From Eledone cirrhosa (taxonomy: Eukaryota): a stretch of 64,000 nt of DNA. Of this stretch, positions 38,746-51,529 are shown piece by piece (position 1 is the stretch's first letter; each line of letters opens with the position of its first letter). The notes under the pieces were generated by a model. The model saw only the letters and a list, made by a program, of their open reading frames with translations, made no database searches and was not told the origin of the DNA. The position numbers and the translations under genes are program-made. Where the stretch lies: assembly GCA_964016885.1 (NCBI GenBank), contig CAXHJY010001404.1, forward strand, positions 62,001-126,000, in the 5' to 3' direction.

Positions 38746-39470
38746 TCAACCAATTCACCAAATGTATTGCAATGGTCCTCCTTATATTGCAAATGGAGAA
38801 ATTTATTAACATAGAAATAGATAAGTTAATTACAACTAATTCTCTCTCTTGCCCCCCCCCCCCCCCCCCTCATGGTTGGCTGGCAGGGAAAAATCATCTG
38901 TTTTTGTCTTTTGCTTTTGTGCTTCCACTCTTCCTCCACCACCACCACCACTACCATCACAATCACCAGAACCACTACCACTACCACTACTATCACAATC
39001 ACCACTACTATCACAATTACCATACTACTATCACCATAACCATCATCATAATCACTACCACCTCCACTGCCACCATTATCATGTCCATACCTAAATGATC
39101 ACTCACTGTCACACCAGTGAACCACTATCCCTGCTACAGCCTAAACTACTACCATCACCTCTGCCACTACTAACATCATTATTGCACCTATCACTACAGC
39201 CCAAACTATCAGCTCCATCACTACTACTACTACTACTACCAACACCACTATTAATATCACCAACACAACCATTAGTACTGCCAATACAACCATTTCCACC
39301 ACCAACACAACCATCACCACCACCGACACAACCAACACTACCATCACCACCGCCAACACAACCATCACCACCAAGACAATCATCACTACCATTAACACAG
39401 TCATCACCACACTACCATCATCACCACACTACCATCATCACCACCACTAACACATCCATCACTATCTTTA
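38140..39470. repeat. Simple repeats (CA)n, (CT)n, (CCA/CAT)n
   Basis: Direct inspection. Confidence 0.85.
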
Positions 39471-40264
39471 CTGTCATGTTAGCTTCAATATAGTTGTTTG
39501 ACCTGCTAGAAATAGCATCCAAATTCCCCCCGTCTCCCAATTCTTAGAAAAAAGGTTAGGTTGGACACAATGGATAAGTCCTAGGCACACTGAAAAGACA
39601 TGATGGTTACGGCTGAAATATTTTTGCCCATTGGTCTTCTCAATCAACATTGATATGGGACCAAACAACAACAGCAGACTACAATGTACCTTCAGAGGCT
39701 TGTATTAGAACTGACAGTAAAGCAGGTTGAATTAATCCCAGTGTCTTGTGTTTCTACTGAAATTAGTCCCTGGTTAACCTTGAGTAAACAGATCCATGAA
39801 CAAAATTGTTCCAGTTGTGACTATCCCATTTTTACAGCTAGAACTACATTGTCTAATGTGTTCATATTTTTCTAATACTTGTGACTCAGTGGATTTTAAC
39901 CTGTTTTTGTTCCATGCCTCACCACAACACCTCAAAAGCATTTGATGCCCTCATCCTCCAATATAAACATGTTTGGTATTAAAAAGACAATAAAAAATTT
40001 AGAAAAATTGGCCTACAGTAGAAAGCACTGGTTTAGGGGTGTGTCATTTGGGGAAATGAGGCTGCTATTTCTAACAGATCAAGCAAACATGCAGATACTC
40101 TTTTGTGGACTGAAAGAGTATTGGTGACGAAAGTGATAACAAAACATCTCTATTTTGCTCTAAAGAATTTGAACTATTTGTCTCACCCACCCGCTCATCC
40201 TCGTTCATTAAATTTCTTAGGCTTCAAAATCACTCTTGGAGAATTTTGTATTTCTTCTTTGTCA

Positions 40265-40520
40265 TAGAACCTGTAGCAGTAGAGACGTCTGTCATTCTAG
40301 GGTCCAAATACCATCTTCTTACTCACTGCTAGTGAAACAGAGTTGGCCACCTGCAGGAGTGAGCCCCATGAACTGGACTGGCTTCTCATCAAACCTATAG
40401 CGGTGAAGACTTTTGGCATTCTCAGATCCCAGTGCCACCTCCTTAAATCAGTGCTATCAGGGCGGAGTTGGCCACCTGCAGGAGTGAGCCCCACCAGTTG
40501 CAATGGTTAACGTATCTCCC
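40265..40520 (+). mobile_element. Two tandem relics of a CRE-like non-LTR REL endonuclease C-terminus
   Basis: EPVAVETSVILG...ELATCRSEPHELDWL then KPIAVKTFGIL...ELATCRSEPHQLQWL; 29-bp identical repeat at 40340-40368 and 40465-40493. Confidence 0.5.
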
Positions 40521-42164
40521 TTACTATCTTCTAGGTCAATGTTTTCTCCATTCTGTTTACTGGGACTATGAGGTAGTTTGTGCCTGGGATTCTGCATGCC
40601 AGAGAGTGTTCTTCTACATCTTCAAGGGATGGGAGTATGTATCATTCTATCATTAGGATAGCGATATTGAGCATCCTTTCTCATAATTTTTTTTCTACTG
40701 TACTCTACTACCACTTTTTCTCATCCTCACTCTCTCTTACCAAATCTCTCTCACTCTCTCTTACCGACTCTCTTTCTCTCGCCTCTCTATTCAATTATCT
40801 TGCTTATTGTTTTATAGTTGTTATTTTTATTCTCAATGAATGTTGAGTTAAGCACTGTACTTTTAGTTTCTGTGTCAGAAATGCAGCTATCACCATCACC
40901 ATTGTCATCACTATCATCATCCTCTTCACCATTGTCACCATTATCACCATCGTCACCATCACCATTGTCATCATCATCATTAGCAGCATTGTTTTTATAT
41001 ATACTTTTTTCCATGTTGGCATGGGTTAAACAAGATTTTTGATGTAGTTTTTCTATGGCTGGTTGTCTTTTATGATGCCAATCCTTGTTTTTAAATATGA
41101 TATTAATCATTGCATGTTGAACCTTTGAGCTGCAGGACATAGACAAATATGACTAGCTTTGTCAAAGCTGTGTCACTGCAAAGCAAAGTCATGTGTGAAG
41201 ATAAATACACACACACATATATATACAAAGCAATCTTCTTATCCATTTTCATCTATGAATTTTACAAGGCATTGGTCAGCCTGAGGCTATAATAGAAATC
41301 ACTTACCCAAGTTGCTATACATTGGGATTAAACTTGAAACCACTTGGCTGAAAATCAGACTTCTGAAGCACACAGCCATACCTGCACCATCACTGGATCC
41401 ACTTGGCCTGTTTCCTTTTGGATACAGTATGACTGAATGGTTAAGACATTAGTTTTACAACTATTAGCTTCTGGGTTCAATCCCATTGCATGACATATTC
41501 AGCAAGTGTCATTTACCATAGCTTTAGGTCAACCTATGTCTTGTGAATAAAACTGGATAGACAAAAACTGTTTGGCAGCTCGTCAACTGGGTTGTACCTG
41601 TAATTCAAAAGCCTAATCTTGTCATACAGTTTCATGTTGAATCTCTCTGAATATTTTTACAGACAAAAATTAATGTTCTGTTGAACAAAATTGTTTCTAA
41701 TAACTGTTTAAACCACAAAACTTACTTTCGCTTTTTTAGTTTCCAAGAGATATTTGGTGATCAAGTCTTAACTGATACCAACTCACTCAAAACTGCCCCT
41801 GGTTCTTTGAAACAAAGCTACTCATTTTAATAGGTTCCTATTGATATTAAAATCTTTCAACATAATTTGGCATAACAACATTCTGTTATGTTATAAATAC
41901 CACCTTAATGAAATAATTAATAATTTTTTGTAAATCACTCCAAATTCTTCATTAATTAAGTCATATAGTGTATTTTATTAGAAATACAGTAATAACATGG
42001 TTAAAAAGTTAAAACCACATTAGATTTTATCTGAAATAGAATAGTTCTCTGGCTGATACCAGTTATGTTGGGAATTGTTCAAAAGGGTTGAGCAGATGAA
42101 ATTGGAAGTGTGGACTTCATTTAACTGGTTTGTTCCAGCTCTAGCTGTTGTTGTTTATCTACAA

Positions 42165-42980
42165 GTTAGTACTGTTTCAGAGTACTGTCCCACATATATA
42201 GTCAATAATATTTGAATGTAGCAGTACAATTCCACATATGTGACCTATGATGTTTCCATATGAAGTAGTAGTTGTATTGTTCCAGTTTTGTGGTCTATGC
42301 TGTTTGTATGTTTAGCAGTAGGGCTGTGAATGTACATGGTTTATCACAAAGTCATAGGTTTTATTCCTGCTGATGCATTGTGTCCTTCAGCAAGACACTT
42401 CATTGTACATTGCTCTAGTCTTCTTAGTTGGCAAAAAGGAGTTATACTTATAAATTCACAGGGTTAGCCTTGACACAGTTTGTGTCATGGTGAATCACTT
42501 TGGGAATAAATTTAAAGGTGCACATGTTTGTTGAATGTTCAGTCAATTGTATGTTAATTTCATGAACAGGCTGTTCCATTGATCAGACAACTGAAGTACT
42601 CATCATTAGAACCAACAGAGGTCCAACATAATAATAGTACTGTTTTGATATATGTTGTCTATGATATTTGTTTGTGTAGTAGCAGTACTGTCCCAGCTAT
42701 ATTATCTATGATATTTCTATGTGTAGTAGCAGTACTGTTTTAAATATCTTGTGTATCTATAACAGTAGGACTGTCTCAGATATGTGGTCTATGATGTTTG
42801 TATGTGTAGTAGCAGTACTGTTCCAGATATATGGTCTATGGATTTTTTTATGGGGGAACATTAGCACCGTCTCAATTATATGGTCTATGATGTTTGTATG
42901 TGTAGTAGTAGTAGTACTGTCTCAGGTACATGGTCTATGATATTTGTATGTGTAGAAGCAGTACTGTCCCAGATATGTGG
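42165..42980 (+). repeat. Minisatellite of about 45 bp (gtagtagcagtactgtcccagatatgtggtctatgatgtttgtatgt) interrupted by a SINE at about 42330-42630
   Basis: About 10 diverged units on both sides of the SINE. Confidence 0.75.
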
Positions 42981-42983
42981 GAA

Positions 42984-43014
<31 letters not shown>

Positions 43015-43639
43015 GCAGCAGCAGTAGTAGCAGAGTCCTTGATGTGTGAGTAATACTCTAATGTGAGTTGTAGTTGAGCATGTAAGATTGAGCAAGTGAT
43101 TACAGCTGAGAAATATTTTCTGTACATGAAGAGTAAGCCAAGCTTTGGGATGTGATTTTGCAATGTTATATATGTATGGTTACCATGAGATATACATTCA
43201 CACACACACATATTCACCCACTCACAATCATTTTCTCTTCTCTAACTTTTGCATTCTATGAGTTTTTTCTTTTCTCTCCTTCACACACAGTCTCTTTCTT
43301 TATCTCACACATGCTCTCATATACTTCTTCAGGTGCAAACACAGCCAATTTATAAGAGAGAGAGAGAGAGAGAATTTGCCCCAGTATTAGATCAGTATTT
43401 TAGTTATTGACCTCAAAAGGGTGAAAAGTAAAGTTGACCTTCGTGGGATTGGAATACTGCAAAGCATTCTGTACAGCATTGTGAACTTTGCCAATTTTCC
43501 ATCTCTTGTCATCATTATTTAACATCCATTTTCCATGATAACAAAACTTGAATACAAATATATATATTATTCAATCCAGAGCCTCTTCACTCCTACCAGA
43601 GGAATCCCTCCCTGATTGACCTTCACCGTTTTCTGTTTT

Positions 43640-43838
43640 GGGTTTTGGTCATTTGCGTGTTGGTTAGGCTATTTAACCCATAGCTAGGTAAACTCATTTT
43701 TACAGCTGAGTGAACTGGAGCAATGTGAAATAAAGTGTTTTGCTCACGAACACAACACAAAGCCTGGTCCCAGAATTGAACTCACAGCCTCAGGATTGTA
43801 AGCCTGACACTCTAACCATTAAGTCATGCGTCTTCACT
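43640..43838 (-). mobile_element. tRNA-derived SINE
   Basis: agctgagtgaactggagcaatgtgaaataaagtgttttgctca..gaattgaactcac..ctctaacca; related + copy at about 49465-49600. Confidence 0.65.
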
Positions 43839-43936
43839 ATATATATATATCTCAAAGGCATGTATTGAGTTAGAAACTCAAAATAGTCTCATTACAATAA
43901 ATTAGCTCTAGGAAAGAGGTTTTTCCGAGCCGTATA

Positions 43937-44418
43937 ATATAACTGAACAAAAAAGAAAAACGAACACAGACATATACATATATGTGTTCAAATCGTAATG
44001 GACCAGATTCGCTAAGGTGAAAAGAATACTAACTACAGACAATAGGGTTTGTTAGACTCAATTTAAGAATAAATCAAGAAAAATAAATGCAAAGCAGAAT
44101 TGTGGTAACTACCGATCACCCGGACAGTTTTGATAATACTGTTTCGCAATATTAATTGTGAAGAGGAATACCAAATTTCTAGAATTTTGGTATTCCTCTT
44201 CACAATTAATATTGCGAAACAGTATTATCAAAACTGTCCGGGTGATCGGTAGTTACCACAATTCTGCTTTGCATTTATTTTTCTTGATTTATTCTTAAAT
44301 TGAGTCTAACAAACCCTATTGTCTGTAGTTAGTATTCTTTTCACCTTAGCGAATCTGGTCCATTACGATTTGAACACGTATATGTCTGCGTTCGTTTTTC
44401 TTTTTTGTTCAGTTATAT
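43937..44418. repeat. Long spacerless palindrome, arms of about 240 bp, centre 44180/44181
   Basis: 43984-44180 is the reverse complement of 44181-44377 with one mismatch seen (44176/44185); outer arms differ by a 6-nt indel and one substitution. Confidence 0.95.
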
Positions 44419-44889
44419 ATATATATATATTTCGAGAGAGAGATGCAAAATCTTGACCAAGCTGAAACTGCTTGGTGCACATTCAGAATTTTACGTATCT
44501 CTATACCCACTCTGCATCTCCCCATGCATTGAGTACCCCCAGGATTAGTGGTCACAGCACCACATACTCTTTCTGTTTATCTCTCTTTTTATATATATAT
44601 ATATATATATACTAGCAGTTTATCCCGGTGTTGCTCGGGTTTGTTCATTTGCTATGAAAAGTTACAAACAGGTAAACGTAGCTTGAAAGCGCATAAGCTT
44701 ATCAATTAAGTGCATAAAGCAGTTGAACCGGTTATTAATAGTTACGAACCAATTAGCATTTTGGACAATCAATGATGGGTTAATAATCTTCCAATAGCGA
44801 ATTTAGTAGACCAAAGTTGCAAGATGGAGGCCCTGATGCCGCTGGGTGTCAGATCTGTCCGCTATGGGTGACCCTACCAGTTTTCCAGA

Positions 44890-47815
44890 CGGAATAGCTC
44901 CAACACCTGCACCAACATCCATAGCACCTCTTTGTAGACGATATTGCGTGTCATCCCTTGAGGAGTGTAAGCAAAAAGTCCATTCCTGCTCCCTATGCGG
45001 GAACAGGCAACATAAAGTTGGCCATGGGAGAAGCATGGCTCCCCCAAATGGATGCCCGCCACCGACAATGTTTGCCCTTGTGACTTGTTAATGGACATGG
45101 CAAAACATGGTCTCACCGGAAATTGGTATCGCCGGAAATCAAACGGGATATCTCACGCCGAGGGGAAAAGGTTCATCCCTGGAATGAAAACATTCTCCCA
45201 TCTCCTGCACCCCGTTACAATGGTGGCCTTAATCAAGTGGGGCGTCAGTGACTTGACGACCAAGCGAGCACCGTTGCACTGCTTTGGTGGACGTAGGTTC
45301 CTTATTAGCATAATGGGACAGCCAAGAATGTGAGGTGGGAGCCCTGGGGGCTCAAGGGTATTTAATAACTCAACCAGATAATTAACGATATCGTCGGGGT
45401 CTGACGTCCGGTCGATAGATTTGAAGATGTGTTCTTTACCGGGAATTTTCTAAATTAGCTGCTCGTTAATAAAATTAACCATGGTATTTTTCGGAGCAAG
45501 GATGGCTCTTTCGCTGAGCCAATCAAGGTTTTTAAAGTTATATGAGACATTAGGAAAAACTGCTTCCCAAAGGTCAGAGGGGCTGCTCACAATGTTGCAC
45601 AGGGAGTCGATTGCTATGCCTACCTTGTCATCTGCAGGGACCTTGCCCTCACCAAGTACTAAAATATTCTGAGCAAATGCTGCAGACATGTTGTCACCAT
45701 GCAAATGAGCACGCATATTTGTGCTCAGGTACAAACTCTTTACCTGGAGCCACAACATGGACGACTTAAGACAGGCACGCACTTCATCAGCTCTTGTCCC
45801 TTTGGGGATGACAGGCAGCGTTTGCCGAAAATCCCCTGATAGCAGAAGGGTTACGCCACCCATAGGAGCTGTAGAATCCCTGTCTTTCAGGGTCCTGTCC
45901 AATGCCTCAAGGGTACTCTTGTGTACCATTGTGCACTCATCCCAAACAATAAGGCAACATTTTTTGAGAACCAGAGCTTCGTGTGAACTCTTGCTGATAT
46001 TGCATGTGGTGTCTCAGTTTTTACTAAATCCAAGGGGAGTTTAAAGGTTGAATGTGCTGTCTTGCCTCCCGGCAGCAAAGTAGCAGCAATCCCGGACGAT
46101 GCAACAGCCGACGCAATTTTTTTCTCCTGAAGAATCTTAGTGAGAATCAATTTTGTTACATAAGTTTTTCCAGTACCCCCAGGAGCATTGAGAAAGTAAA
46201 TACCCCCAGTCTGATTTTGAACCGCGTCAATGATAGTTAAATAGGCCAACCTTTGGTCCGACAGAAGTTTGGGCTCATTTTCCTCTAAGTATGGGGAAAG
46301 AAATTCGATGTCATAAGCTGTTTCCCACAACAAATCCGGGGCCAACGTGTTAGCTTCCTCTCTGACGGTTGACGGCAAACCATATGTCGCCAACTCACTC
46401 CTACCCATGTCGAGGAGGGCGTCCTCGATATCAATGAGTGCCCTGTTGTAGATAATGTTGCTGTAACCAACTTCCACTGAAGTATACTGCAGATGAGCCA
46501 GGCGCAGGAAGTCCTCAGACATGAAGTCTCTGTACTTGACCCATAAAGATTTGGGATCACCCAATTCACACTTTTGAAGCAAAATAGCAAAGAGTTCCCG
46601 TAGACCTTTAGGTGATTTCAACAAAGCACCCTCTGCTAAAGTGGAATTCCATTGCGAATCATCTTCCAAAAGACCACGCTTAAAGCAGGCTTCTCGGTAC
46701 GTATCACATATTTCTCCATCAACAGTTTTGAGGTCTTGAAAACTTTGTGGGCCTACAACTTCGTGCAGAAGAAGGCGGAAATGAAAGCACTCATGCTGAC
46801 TTGGGGGCACAGTGTAAACCCTTCCAAGACAGCTGTCAAATTTTACACCAGGGTGTCTTTCAGCAGCCTGACATGACTTTCTTCGCACCCAAGTGTTTTT
46901 CGACCATATAAAGTAAGATGGAACCTAGATGGAACAATTGTTTGCGCAAATGTATCGAACTGGCAAAGTTTGAGGAAACCTGTCAGAGTGGTCTCTTTCG
47001 GATCGGCGGCCAACTTGGCGGCGGTTTGGTCCGTAAAGGAAACCCTTTGTTCATTTTCCAAATGTAGCGCAAGATGGTGGGGTGACGTTGGTGTAGGGGT
47101 AAACCAAATAGGCGCCAAAAAGCTTCATTGCTACTGATGTACCGCCCCGCCAGGTATTCTGTGACCTCGTCCCTGCTATTTTCAGCTTGAAATGCGAACA
47201 TTGCGGCATCAGAGCCCTTATTTACATATTTGCATATGTATTTTATCGACTTGACGGAGATGCAAAACTCAGAGTTGATGTGGGTGTTGAACATCTTCAA
47301 GAGAAGCAGGCAGTAAGGGACCACCCATCTATTGTCGACTTGACCTCCCCCTACTGTTGTGGTGAAGCCACCGTTCTCGAGCCGTCTCCGCCTGTACAGG
47401 GGGTACCCGTTGCCACCAGTCTGAGTCTGGTCAACAAATTTTTTTGGGTATCCCTTACTGCATGACCCCCCCTTTCAGACACGTGTGATGCTCATTAGGA
47501 CCCGACGCACACGGACCATGTTAGCTTTGACGATGTCATGTAATTCCTGGTCAGTTGCTGGGTTAGGGATTTCAGCTGAAATGAAGCTGTCTATGGCATT
47601 TGAATTGATTTTATCAGCTAACCAAATCAAAATGTGAGCATGTGGCAGCCCTCGTTTTTGCCATTCGACGGTGAACATGTCACATTTTACAACCCCAAAT
47701 ACCTGACCTTTTTTTTTATTAAAGCCATGAGTTTAGCCAGTTCCAATCCGAACACTCTGGCAATGAGGTCATGTCTGTTCGAATAATTTTGCCCAGGAAA
47801 AAGTTCACGGGTTAC
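44890..47815 (-). pseudogene. Helitron RepHel (HUH Rep plus PIF1-family helicase), frameshifted
   Basis: VEWQKRGLPHAHILIW (HUH motif II), SIKYICKYVNKG (motif III), FLNAPGGTGKT (Walker A), GDFRQTLPV, FAMSINKSQGQTL. Confidence 0.93.
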
Positions 47816-47946
47816 ATTCTGATTCATATGTTTATAGCATTAATCTGTTATATGAAGTGTTATTTTGCGGGTTGTTATTTGCAATAAGCCGATTGAAAAT
47901 GCCCCGTCCCCAGATAAGCCGTATGTCAATACGGAATGCTCCACTA

Positions 47947-48341
47947 CAGTGTTGTCATATAGGGAGTGAAGAGCGACAGAGAGAGTAAAGCAGTTAAATT
48001 ATAGAGAGGGGGAATATACGGAACGCTCCATTTGATCATATACGTTGTTTCTCTCTCTGCAGTGTTGTCATAAAGGTAGTGAAGAGCGACAGGGAGAGTA
48101 AAGTAGTTAAATTATAGAGAGGGGGAATATACGGAACGCTCCATTTGATCATATACATTGTGTCTCTCTCTGCAGTGTTGTCATATAGGGAGTGAAGAGC
48201 AACAGAGAGAGTAAAACAGTTAAATTATAGAGAGGGGGAATATATGGAACGCTCCATTTGATCATATACATTGTTTCTCTCTCTCTGCAGTGTTGTCATA
48301 TAGGGAGTGAAGAGCGACAGAGAGAGTAAAGCAGTTAAATT
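47947..48341 (+). repeat. 3.5 copies of a 113-115-bp tandem repeat inside the Helitron
   Basis: Units start at 47947, 48060, 48173 and 48288; degenerate pieces extend to about 48672. Confidence 0.9.
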
Positions 48342-49258
48342 GTTATTTGATGTAAAATGTAAGTGTGTAAAATGTAACGATGAGAGAGCAGTATGTATTT
48401 AGTGTTATCGGCTTTTTAAATTTTGATATTTGATGTATGAGTGTCGTTATGGCTGTTTGTTGTATAAAATGATGTGTTGCTTAGTTATCAAAGTTTTTTT
48501 CGCGTTCCCGAACGAATAGGGGGAATGATCTATTATATATAGAGAGAAGAGCGACGGATAGAGTGAAGCTAGTGTTAAACCTCGAAGCATGAAGAGAGTA
48601 AAGCAGTTAAATTATAGAGAGGGGGAATAATCTATTGTAGAGAGAGGGAAGAGCGACGGAGAGAGTAAAGCTATGGTTGTTGTTGCTTCGGTTTCAAAGT
48701 TTGTGTCGCGTTCCTTCAAAAGAAGTTTTGTCGTTGTTCTAAATTGTAATGGTGATAGAGTAGTAGACGGAGGCGGTAACCTTTTAAAGAGAGTTGCAGA
48801 GGAGATTGAGGGGGGAGTAGAGGAAAGGATGAACCTTTTAAAGAGAGTTGAAACATGTATGTAGTTTCATATATTTTTTATGGTAGTAGTGAGAGGAATG
48901 AAGCGTGTAAGAGAGAGGGCTACAGCATGTATTTAGTTTTATCGATTTTTTTTTCATAGAAGCAGGAAACTTTTGGCAAAAATAATTACGCGTTGACCTG
49001 CCCTGGTAAATTTGGAGCACATTGGGAAAAAAATCATCAAAATCGGTAGAGAAATGCATAAAAATCATACACACACACAGACAGACATCTACCGTTTTAT
49101 ATATATAGAGAAGAAATAGCAAAGTCGCACATGAAAAATAACAAAATACATGAGATGAATGAATGAAAGCATCTTTCTTCCTCACCAGCCACTCCTTGAG
49201 CAATGAAAGTTTGTACATAGGGTACAAATACTGCACAATACTGAGCCATGATTGCATA

Positions 49259-49436
49259 TGGCAGTATCGGTAGAGGGTCGGACACCATGCTTTCCAGCAT
49301 AGTTACGTCCCTTTACGATCTGAGTTCAAATCCCGCCGAGGTTGACTTTGCCTTTCATCCTTACGGGGTCGATAAAATAAAGTACCAGTATTGCACTGGA
49401 TAATTGCTGGCCTTGTGCCAAAAGTAGAAACAATTA
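49259..49436 (+). mobile_element. Meta-domain SINE (young, short variant)
   Basis: ggcagtatcggtagagggtcggac..gagttcaaatcccgccgagg..Meta core..tagaaacaatt. Confidence 0.85.
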
Positions 49437-49689
49437 TATATATATATATATATATATATTGTGAAGGCACATGGTTGAGTGGTTGGAGAATTGTATTCGC
49501 AATCGTGAGCTTGTGATTTTGATTCCCAGACCGGGCAATGCGTTATGTCCTTGAGGAAAACACTTCATTTCATGTTGCTCCTTCTGCCTGGATTTGCCAC
49601 CAACAGATAGTATTAGCAATTGGAATGACCAATGGAAACATTGTTTCCTTGGTCCGAATGAGGTCCAGGATCTTGTCAATCAACTGTTG

Positions 49690-49801
<112 letters not shown>

Positions 49802-49804
49802 CAT

Positions 49805-49995
49805 AAATAATTGTTTCTACTTTTGGCACAAGGCCAGCAAATACCCAGTACATTACTGGTACTTTATTTTATCAACCCCGTAAGGATGAAAGGCAAAGTT
49901 GACCTCGGCGGGATTTGAACTCAGAATGGAAAGGGCCGTAATTCTATGCGTCAAAGCATGACGTCCGACCCTCTACCGATACTGCCAATCCACCT
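49805..49995 (-). mobile_element. Meta-domain SINE (young, short variant), inverted relative to the 49259 copy
   Basis: Close to the reverse complement of 49259-49436. Confidence 0.85.
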
Positions 49996-50779
49996 TATGG
50001 TACTTCATAAATAATACCACCGATATCAAAAATGGAACATTCTTGTTGTTTCTTTTATTGAATGAATAGTAATGAAAACAGGTTTGCAATGTATATTGGA
50101 GCTACTGGAGTGATATTGGAAATATCTGGAAATATTTTTCCAATACAGTTACAAGGGGAAAAGGAAAATTTTGTTCCATTTTTTTAAAATATTATTTTCA
50201 CATTCTTGTTGTTTTTATGTTTTAGCTGCTTTTATTTACATTTTTCCAATATTTTTATTTGTTTCATTTTTTTAATTTTTGTTAGTTTTATATATAAATG
50301 TGTTTTTTATTGTTTGATATAATTCAGTATAAACACTAAACAGGAAAACATAAGCAACATTCCTTATTTTGAGAGTTCTTTTGTTACATTAGCTGTGTAA
50401 CTGCTGTCTTTAAAGGGGTTATTGCTGTCTTTAAAGGTGTGACTGCTGTCTTGTGTGTTCTTGCTATCAAGTAATGTCTTACATTACATATCTCTCAAGT
50501 TGACAGGTTTTTAGTGGCAGGTGAAAATCCCCGTATGACTGCTGTTATTAAAGGTGTATTTTACCTCTAAACTCTGTGTCCGACACTACACATTTCTCCA
50601 GTTTAGATATCTTACTTGTCTTTAAAGGTTTATTTTACTTGTCAACTCTGTGCCTGGTGCTACACATCTCTCCAGTTAAGAAATCTTACCTATGTGATAG
50701 GGTATTTTACGTGTTAATTCTGAATCTAAATATCTTAGATGTCAAGAAAGAATAAAATGTACTTAGAAAGAATAAAATT

Positions 50780-51320
50780 CTTTCTAATATTGGCACAAGG
50801 CCAGCAATTTTGGGGGAAATTGAATGTGAATGCCAGTGTTTGACTGATACTATATTTTATCGACCCTGGAAGGATGAAAATAATAATAATAATTGTTTGT
50901 ACTATTGGCACAAGGCCAGCAATTATCCAGTACATTACTGGTACTTTATTTTATCGACCCCGTAAGGATGAAAGGCAAAGTTAACCTCAGCGGGATTTGA
51001 ACTCAGAAATGGCAAGGGTCGTAACTCCATGCGTCAAAGCATGGCGTCCGACCCTCTACTGATACTGTCAATTCACCAATAATAATGGTTTCTTATATAG
51101 GCACAAGGCCAGGAATTTGGCGGGAGGGGAAAGTCGATTAAATCGACCCCAGTGCATGACTGGTACTTTATTTATCGACCCCATAAGGATGAAAGGCAAA
51201 ATTAACCTCGGCAGGATTTGAACTCAGAACGTAAAGGGCCGTAACTCTATGTCACAAAGCGTGGTGTCTGACACTCTACCAATACTGCCAATCCACCGCC
51301 CTAATAATAATAATAATAAT
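50780..51320 (-). mobile_element. Head-to-tail array of 3 Meta-domain SINE copies (one truncated)
   Basis: ggcacaaggcc at about 50792, 50907 and 51100, each followed by the Meta core. Confidence 0.85.
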
Positions 51321-51529
51321 AGGATTGAATCACTAAAACTGCAGAAGGTTTTATAAGATCTTACCTTTGCTTCTTAAATGTCATATTTGTTTTTAGCACC
51401 AAGTCAGCCCTGATTAAAGATATTCCAACCATGACCATCTCCTTATCTAACAATGAGTTACCTTATTTAACGTAGTAGGATGTCATTTGAAGGAAATAAA
51501 TGTGTATATATATATATACATACACACAC

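Larger units (their letters stand above)
44612..49110 (-). mobile_element. Helitron, internally deleted, both termini present
   Basis: 5' TCTATATATATAAAACGG at about 49109; 3' hairpin cccgagcaacaccggg then CTAG|T at 44615-44612; RepHel remnants inside. Confidence 0.92.

Noticed and set aside
39095-39493. Proline-rich extensin-like ORF
   Set aside because: (CCA/ACC)n simple repeat with no splice or homology support
40340-40493. Paired CTCF sites
   Set aside because: Only the 5' half matches the consensus; better explained as a retroelement relic
44874-46888. Host PIF1 helicase gene
   Set aside because: Linked to HUH Rep motifs and Helitron termini, frameshifted and intronless
49259-49340. 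tRNA gene
   Set aside because: A/B-box-like head belongs to a multi-copy SINE and lacks a cloverleaf
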